This document shows, piece by piece, positions 55,351 to 64,000 of a stretch of DNA of 64,000 bases; the stretch's first letter is position 1, and each line of letters starts with the position of its first letter. The stretch is taken from NCBI RefSeq assembly GCF_009914755.1, contig NC_060925.1. One strand, written 5' to 3'. A model generated the notes under the pieces. That model searched no databases. It worked only from the letters and a program-made list of their open reading frames with translations, and was not told the DNA's origin. The translations under genes were made by a program, and so were the position numbers. The DNA is from the human T2T-CHM13v2.0 reference genome, Homo sapiens.

Positions 55351-58300
55351 AAAATCAGATCCAACAATCCCACTGCTGGCTCCAAAAGAAATAAAATCAG
55401 TATGTTGAAGAGGTATCTGTACTCCCACATTTATTGCAACACTACTCACAAAAGCTAAGATATGGAATCAACCTAAATATCCATCAACAGACAAACGGAT
55501 AAGGGAAATGTGGTGTGTATGCACAATCAAATACTATTCTTGGGGAGAGGGTTCGAGATGAATGACTAGAGGTGTCCAATGCCAGTTCTCTTCAGAAAGA
55601 AGAACCAAGGTTACAAGTGAATAACCATAATGTGAATAGACTATCCAGAGAATGCTGGAGGCTAGTAGAGAACTCATGTGAAGAAGCTGGGGCACAGAAA
55701 AAGAAGGAAGCAAGAAGCTGGCAGAGATCGGCTAGGAACCCCGAGGGATTTGGTATCTAGTCAAAAGGGTAGTTGGGAGTGTTTGGGCTCCTCTTTAACC
55801 TGTGACAAACCACTGGTAACTGAACTGTCGGAGATCTCCTCTACCCTGCAAACCCAAACACTGGTGTGGGCAGTGATTTGGGGACTTCTTGAGGGCACTG
55901 CACCAGATTACCAACTTGCACTGGGTTGCTCACTCTGCCCCCGGACTTGAGCAGCAGCGATAGGGTGCTATACTGGGAGCACAGCCATCAGGGGTCTGTA
56001 CCCTGCCCAGGGAACCTCAGCCTTTGTGTCTCCACATCACCAGAGCCCCATAGACATTCCCTGGCATCTGCTCAGATTGTGGCAGCAGCAAAGGGATGGC
56101 TGGACCCAGGGAGCTGCAGGGTTCCTCGGCAACTGCTGCCCCGAAGAGAAGAACAAGTATTGGACGCCAAGGGAGCACCCACTGGGACAAAGGAAACCAG
56201 AACACATACTTTCCTGTGCCCAAGAGCTCACCACCTGTGGACTCTGAGTGACTGCACTGCCTCCAGCAAAGATGTGGGCACTGTGCTTGGCTCTACAAGG
56301 CTTTGCAAGTGTGATTTCATCCCAGGGGCCAACCTAGTATGAGTGCTCAGACCCAGGCATGGAGATGGGGACTCCTCCTCAACCCCACTGCTGTAGGCAT
56401 AGCCATGGCTGATACCACAGGAAACTGGCATGGGTGCATCAGAGCACACAGACTTTCTGGGGCAGACAGGGGTGACTGTGGTCTTACTGGCAATCAGTCC
56501 ACCATATCTAAGCTTGTGCAAAAGGTGGGACCCCCTCCCCCTCTCCATGCAGAGCAGCAGCGTTCCTGCAAGGGAGAGGAGAGCCAAAAAGCTGTGTGTT
56601 TTGGACTGAGGAAGAAGACTCCAAAACAAAGACATTCTGGCAGCAAGCCAAGGGGCAGTCATCTTTTATGGCTCTCAGGTACATTGCAGCCTGGAGATAG
56701 ACAGTGGTGTCTGACCAATTTGAGTGTTCTGAGTTTGGGGACAGGGGCATGACAGGGAGAGAGATTACATTCCTGCCTGCCCGGGCTATGGAACTGGGGT
56801 GGCTCCCTGCCTCTCTGCAGAGACCTCAGTGTACTTACCAGGAGCTTCCCTGCCACCCCCACTCAGGTCTTCTGCTTGTGCTCATCATTGGGGAATCCAA
56901 GGGCCGGCTTGGTTGTCCATCTCTGCCCTGACTTGTCCCCTGCTAGGGGGTGAGCAGAGAGCTCAAGCCACTGTACATTCCACAGCCCAGCCCATTGCCT
57001 GAAGCAACAAAGAACTTCCCCCATTAAACAAAGATCAAGCACCTGTCCATCTGCTTCTGTTGCAGCAGGCTCTTACCCACAACCACCACCTACTGTCCTG
57101 GAGGCTGAAATGCACAACCCAACAGAAAATCTGCTGACACAAGTGCACAGTGCTGGGAAATGAGATAAGATTCTTGAGACTTCCGCCATCCCAGCCCTGC
57201 AGGAAGCTGTGATACTACTCACACAGCCAGTACACTACTACTACAACTAGCATTTGAGAAAACCACCACACAAAGGCTATCTATATTCAAAGAACTCATA
57301 CATTCTGCCAAGGAAGCACCCAGAACATACATTGTAGTTATATCCTTCAGAGGAAAAAAATTCCTGTCCAAATGAAAGTAAATTCAAAAATAAGAAGAAA
57401 AGATAAGTTTCTCCATATGAGAAGGAAACAGCCAAACAATTCTGGAAGTATAAAGACAGTGTTATGACATTCTCAAAAGATCACACTAAATCTCTAGCAA
57501 TAGATCCTAACTAAAATGAAATCTCTGAAATACCATATAAAGAATTAAAAATACTGATTTCCAAGAAGCTCAATGAGATCTAAGAGAAAGCTGAATGAAA
57601 ATCAACACCAAGAAATCTGAAAATCAAGTCTGGAAATGAAAAATTCATTGAAGAAATTATAAAATACAGGTAAAAGCTTTAACAGTAGACTAAACCCAGC
57701 AGAAAAAACAATCTCAGAGCTTAAAGACAGGTCTATTGAATTAGTCCAGTCAGACGAAAATAAAGAAAAAATAATTTTCAAAAATGAACAAAGCCTTTGA
57801 GAAGTATAGGGGTTATATAAAATGTCTAAACCTACAAGTCATAGGTATTCCTGAGGGAGATGAAAAAGCAAAAAGTTTGGAAAACCTATCTGAGGAAGTA
57901 ATTGAGGAAAACTCCCTACTCTTGCTAGAGATTTAGACATCCAAATAGAAGATGCTCAGAGAACTCTAGGAAAATACAGTGCAAGAAGGACTTCACCAAC
58001 ACATATACTCATCAGACTAATGACAACATGAAGGAAAAAAAAAAATCCTAAAATCAGCAAGAGAAAGGTGTCTAATCATCAGTAAAGGAAATCCCCTCAG
58101 ACTAACAGTGGACATACTGGCAGAAACTTTACAAGCCAGAAAAAAAATCACAATCCCATTTTAAGACTTATTAAAGAAAAAAAAAACCTGTCAACCATGA
58201 ATTTTTTATCCTGCTAGAACAAGCTTCATAAATGGAGAAAAAGTCTTTCCCAGACAAGCAAATGCTAACAGAATTCATCACCATTAGACCAGCCTTACAA

Positions 58301-60216
58301 GAAATGTTCAAGTGAGTTCTAAACATGTAAACAAAAGGTCAATACTCAACATCATAAAAACAGACAAAAGTATAAAACTTACAGCTCTTACAAAAAGGAT
58401 GATCCAGTAATATGCTGCTTACAAGAAACCCACCTAATACAGACTGAAGGAAAAAGGGTAGAAAATGATATCCCACACCAACAGAAACCAAAAGCAAGCA
58501 GGAGTAGCTATCTTTGTATCAGATAAAACAGACTTTAAATCAACAACAGTGAAAAAAGACAAGGAAGGTCATTTTAAAATGATAACGGGATAAAGTCAAC
58601 GGGAAGACGTAACAATCCTAAATATATATGTACCCGATATAGGAGGTACCCAGATTCATAAGACAACTACTACTGGGGCACATGTTCTCAGGACATCCTG
58701 AGACAGTGCCTTGGAAACAAAAATAAATAAAAAGAAAAAGAAAAGAAAACCAAAGAAAAACTACTCTATCTAAGAAAAGAGACAGCAAAACAATAATAGA
58801 GAAGGACTTCAACACCCCAATGACAGCATTAAAGATCACTGAGACAGGAAATCAACAAAGAAATACTGGACATAAATTGGACTCTAATAGACATTTATAG
58901 GACATTCTATTCAACAACCACAGAATATACATTCTTCTCATCAGCACATGAAATGTTCTCTAAGGCAGACCATATTTTAGCCCATGAAACAAGTCTCAAT
59001 AAATTTTCAAAAATCAAAATCATATCAAGTCTCTTCTTGGACCACAGTGGAATGTAACTAGAAACTGATTCCAAGAAGAACTCTCAAAACTATACAAATA
59101 CATAAAAATTCACCTGCTCCCAAATCATCTTTGGGTCAGCAACAAAATTAAAATAGAAATCTAAAACTTTTTTGAAACAAATGAACATGGAGACACAACA
59201 TACAAAAACCTCTGGGATATAGCAAAAGCAGCACCAAGTGGGAAGTCTGCAGCATTATATGCCTAAATAAAAAAACCAGAAGGATCACAAATTAACAACC
59301 TGGCATCGTACCTCAAGAACTAGAAAAACAAGAACCTAAAGCAAGCAGAAGAACAGAAATAACAAAGACCATAGCAGAACTAAATGAAACTGAGAACAAC
59401 AACAACAAAATATACTAAGGATCAAAGAAATGAAAAGTGGGTTCTTTGAAAAAAATAAACAAAACCAATATACTGCTCAATTAACCAAGAAAAGAGAGAA
59501 GACCCAAATTAACAAGTGATCAGAAATGAAAAAGGAGACATTACAACTGATACCACAGAAATACAAATGAACAGAGACTACTATGAACATCTCTACACTC
59601 ACACTAGAAAACCTAGAAGAAAGGGATAAATCCCTGGAAGAATAAAACTTTCTAAGGCTGAACTAGGAAGAGACAGAAATCCTAAAAAGACTAATAATGA
59701 GTAGTGCAATTAAATCAGTAATAACAAATCTCCCAACAAGAACAAGAAGCCCAGGATCAGATGAATTCACAGCCAAATTCTACCATACATACAATGAAGA
59801 ACTAGTACCAATTCTCCTGAAACTCTTCCAAAAAACATCAAGGAGGGACTCCTCCTTAACTCATTCTATGAAGCCGGCATCACCGTGATACCAGGGAAGG
59901 ACCCACAAAAATAACAAAACTACAGACCAATATCTCTGATGAACACAGATGCAAAAATCCTCAACAAGATCCTAGCAAACCAAATCCAGCAGCACATCAT
60001 AAAGATAATATATCACAATCAAGTGGGTCATACTGCAGGGATGCAAGGATGGTTCAACATAAATAAATCAATAACTGTGATTCACCACATAAACAGAACT
60101 AAAAACAAAAACTGTATGATCATCTCAACAGATGCAAAAAAAAGCACTTGATAAAATTCGGCATCCCTTCATGATTAAAAACAGAAAAAACCCAACGAAA
60201 CAAAAACCAAACATAC

Positions 60217-60517
60217 GCCAGGTACATCGGCTCATGCCTGTAATCCCAGCACTTTGAGAGGCCAAGGCAGGTGGATCGCTTGAGCCCTGGAGTTCAAGGC
60301 CAGCCTGGGTAACATGGCGAAAACCCATCTCTACAAAAAATTCAAAAATTAATGAGGTATGGTGGTGTGTGCTTGTAGTCCCAGCTACTCAGGAGGCTAA
60401 AGCAGGAGGATCACTTGAACCTGGGAGGTTGAGGCTGCAGTGAGCCATGACTGTGCCACTGTACTCCAGCCTAGGTGACAGAGCAAGATCCTGTTAAAAC
60501 AAACAAACAAAAAAAAA
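60217..60517 (+). mobile_element. AluJ inside the old L1 ORF2
   Basis: Alu dimer text and A-rich tail. Confidence 0.83.
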
Positions 60518-60527
60518 CTAAAAAACC

Positions 60528-60901
60528 TAGGTTCTCCTTGCATTGTTATGAAGAAATACCTGAGGCTGGGTAATTTATAAAGAAAAGAGGTTTAATAGGC
60601 TTATGGTTCTGCAAGCTGTACAGGAAGCACTGGCATTTACTTCTGGGAAGGCTTTTACTCATTGAGGAAGGCGAAGCAGGAGCAGGTATGTCACACAGTG
60701 AGAGTGGGAGCAAGAGAGTAGGGGAGGGGGTTGCCACACAGTCTTAAACAATCTGATTTCACAAGGACTCACTCACATGAGGACAGCACCAAGTCATGAG
60801 GTCTTTGCCCCATGATCCAAACACATCCCACCAGGTTCCACCTCCAACAATGAGGATTACATCTCAACATGAAATCTGGAAGGGAGATCCAAGCCATATC
60901 A
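60528..60901 (-). mobile_element. MaLR solo LTR (MST family) inside the old L1 ORF2
   Basis: Typical MST/THE1 text (gaaatacctgaggctgggtaatttataaagaaaagaggtttaat...ccaagccatatca). L1 ORF2 resumes after it. Confidence 0.8.
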
Positions 60902-63900
60902 TAGGCATTGAAGGAATATACCTGAAAATAATAAAAACCATATACAACAAACCCACAGCCAACATCATAATGAATGGGGAAAAGTTGAAAGCACTCCTCT
61001 AAGATCTGGAGCAAGACAAGGATGCTTACTTTCACCACTCTTATTCAACATAGTACTAACAGTCTTAGCCAGAGCAACCAGGAAAGAGAAAGAAATAAAA
61101 GATATTCAAATTGGAAAAGAGGAAGTCAAATTATCTGTTTGCTGATGTTATGATCTTATACCTAGAAAACCCTAGAGATTCCTCCAAAAGGCTCTTAGAT
61201 TTGATAAAAGAATTCATTAAAGTTTCATAAAACCAATGTACAGAATCAGTAACATTTCTGTACACCAATAACAATCAAGCTGAGATCCAAATCTAGAAGT
61301 AAATTCCATTGACAACAGCTACAAAAAAATTTAAATACCTGGGAATACTGTTAACCAAGGAGGTGGAAGATCTTTACAAGGAAAACTTCAAAATACTGAT
61401 GAAATAAATTGCGGATGACACCAACAAATGGAAAAAACATTCCATGCTCATGGATTGGAAGAATCAGTATCATTAAAATGACCATACTGCCCAAAGCAGT
61501 CTACAGAGTCAATGTATTTCCTATAAAAATACCAATGTCTTTTTTCACAGTTAGGAAAAAAAAATCCTAAAATTCATATGAAACCAAGAAAGACCCAGAA
61601 CAGCCAAAGCAATCCTAGGTAGAAAGAACAATACTGGAGATATTGCATTACTTAACTTCAAATTATACTACAAGGCTATAGTAACCAAGACAGCATGGTA
61701 CTGGTATTAAAAACAGACACACAGATCAAAGAAACAGAACAGAAAACCAGAAATAAAGTCACATACCTACAGTTTCCTGATCTTCAACAAAGTTGATAGA
61801 AACATACACTGAGAAAAGGACACCCTATTCAATAAATGGTGCTGGGAAAATTAGCCATATGAAGAAGAATGAAATTGGATTCATATCTCTCATCATTTAC
61901 AAAATTAACTCAAGATGGATTAAAGAGAAGGAAAAAAATATGGATTAAAGACTTAAACTTAAGACCTGAAAATTTAAAAAGCCTAGAAGAAAACCTGGGA
62001 AGAACCTATCTGCTCATTGGCCTAGGCAAAGAATTCATGACTAAGACCTCAAAAGCAAATGCAACAAAAACAAAAATAGACAAATAGGACTTAATTAAAC
62101 TATAAAGCTTCTGCACAGCAAAAGGAATAATCAACAGAGTGAATAGACAACCTACAGAATGGGAGAAAATATTTGCAAACTACACATAAGACAAAAGACA
62201 AATATCCAGAATCTACAAGGAACGCAAACAACTCAACAAGAAAAATAAAACTCCATTAAAAAGTGAGCAAAGGACATGAACAGACTTTTTCAAAAGAAGA
62301 CATACAAATGGCTAACAAACATATGAAAAAAATGCTCAACATCACTATCATCAGAGAAATTAAAACCACAATGAGATACCATCTTACACCAGTCAGAATG
62401 GCTATTAAAAAGTCAGAAAATAACAGATATTGGTGAGGATGTGGAAAAAGGAGGACACATATACACTACTGGTGGGAATGGAAATTAGTACAACCTGTAT
62501 GACAAATGGTATGGAGATTTCTCAAAGAACTAAAAACAGAACTGCCATTCAGTCCAGCAATCCTACTACTGGGTATCTACCCAAAGGAAAAATCATTATA
62601 TCAAAGATACCTGTACTCATATATTTCTTGTAGATTTATTCACAACAGCAAAGATATGGAATCAACCTAAGTATCCATTGATGGATGACTGAATACAAAA
62701 AAATGGTGTGTATATACACCATGAAATATTACTCAGCCATTAAAAAGAATGAAATTATGTGTTTTGGAGCAACATGGATAAAACTAGAGGAAATTATCTT
62801 AAGTAAAATAACTCAGAAAGTCAAATATTGCATACCGTCACTTATAAATGAGAAATAATGTATACACATGGACATAGAGCATAGAATAATAGACACTGGA
62901 GACTCAGAAAGGTAACATGGTGAGAGGCGGTGAGGAATGAGAAATTAACTCATGGATACAATATATACTATTCAGCTGATGGTTACACTAAAAGCCCAGA
63001 CTCCACTACTATGAAATATATCCATGTAACAAAATGCACTTGGATCCCCTAAATGTATAAAAATAACACTATTCAGCCATTTTAAAAAATGAAATTGTCA
63101 TTTGTGACAACATGGATGAACCTGGAGGACATTATGTTAAGTGAAATAAGCCAGACACAGAAAGACAAATACCACATGATCTCACTCATATGTGGAATCT
63201 AAAAAAGTTGATCTCATAGAAACTGAGAATACAATAGTGGTTACTAGAGACTAGGGAGGGAATTGGGAACATGGTGATGGGAAGAGAATGGTCAACAGGT
63301 ATGAGTTACAGTTAGATAGGAAGAATAAATTCTGGTGTTACATTGCACAGTAGAGTGACTATAGTTAACAATAACGTATTGTATATTTGAAAATAGCTAG
63401 AAGAGGGGATTTTGAATGTTCTCACCACAAAGGAATGTTCGAGGCAATCAATGTGTTAGCTAATTACTCTGATTTGATGTGTCAATTAAAAATAAAACTT
63501 TCAAAAATAATCAAAAAAGTGAATAGATATGCTAAGTGAAAGAAGCCAGACATAAAAGTCACATACCTTACAATTCTATTTATTTGAAATTCTAGAAGAG
63601 GTAAAACTATAGTGAAAGAAAGCACACAGGTTGCTGGGGTTGGGGGGTGGTGAACCATAAAGGGAATGATAGAAATATTATTTGTTTTGATTGTGGTAGT
63701 GTTTCATAACTACATACATTTCCAACACATCAAGCTACATACCTACATTTGATGAATTTTATTACATATAAATTATACTTTAATAAAGTTAATTTTAAAA
63801 GTGAAAGAGAGAGACCTGAGAAGGTCTAGCCCTATTTAATCATTTGGGAAAAAACACACACACACACACAAAACTGTCTTTGAGTATACAAGATCACATA

Positions 63901-64000
63901 GTTGGCAAAACAGGACTAGAATCTAGTTCCATAAATAAAATCCAAAGCTCTTTATATCATATAAATTGCCACTATTTGGCAGTAGGGAGTGGTGGCGGTG

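Larger units (their letters stand above)
55541..63065 (+). mobile_element. Old, near full-length LINE-1 (L1PB/L1MA class) nested in an older L1MA 3' fragment
   Basis: GC-rich ~1.8-kb 5' UTR, decayed ORF1 (~57400-58330), ORF2 fragments ([26 protein letters not shown]) and 3' UTR. The host L1 (55355-55540) resumes at about 63066. Short TSD-like ACTATTC on both sides. Confidence 0.85.

Noticed and set aside
55572-57002. Dense overlapping ORFs in a GC-richer block, suggesting a promoter or gene
   Set aside because: The block is the long 5' UTR of the old L1. It is CpG-poor and has no coherent protein or splice structure.

Overview
Human genomic DNA (it carries an AluYa5, a human-specific subfamily). 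The window is a repeat-rich internal part of EVI5 (Rab-GAP/TBC-domain and coiled-coil protein), transcribed on the minus strand. It holds five internal coding exons (39062-39196, 28655-28795, 27039-27197, 10441-10587, 8169-8264), all with canonical AG/GT sites and all phase 0-0. The introns contain an HMGB3 processed pseudogene, a two-LTR HERV-L/MLT2A provirus with an internal deletion, a full-length L1PA4-like element with a 16-bp TSD, an older ~7.5-kb L1, about 30 Alus, and several DNA-transposon relics. Almost all ORFs in the supplied track are repeat-derived. I found no evidence of a new multi-gene system. The most interesting observations are an exon-by-exon repeat in the coiled coil, a local duplication bracketing one exon, a possible composite L1/HMGB3 retro-insertion, a mosaic-looking AluYa5, and a template-switch-like change in the HERV-L 3' LTR. 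Repeat subfamily calls come from recalled consensus sequences, and boundaries of old repeats are approximate.
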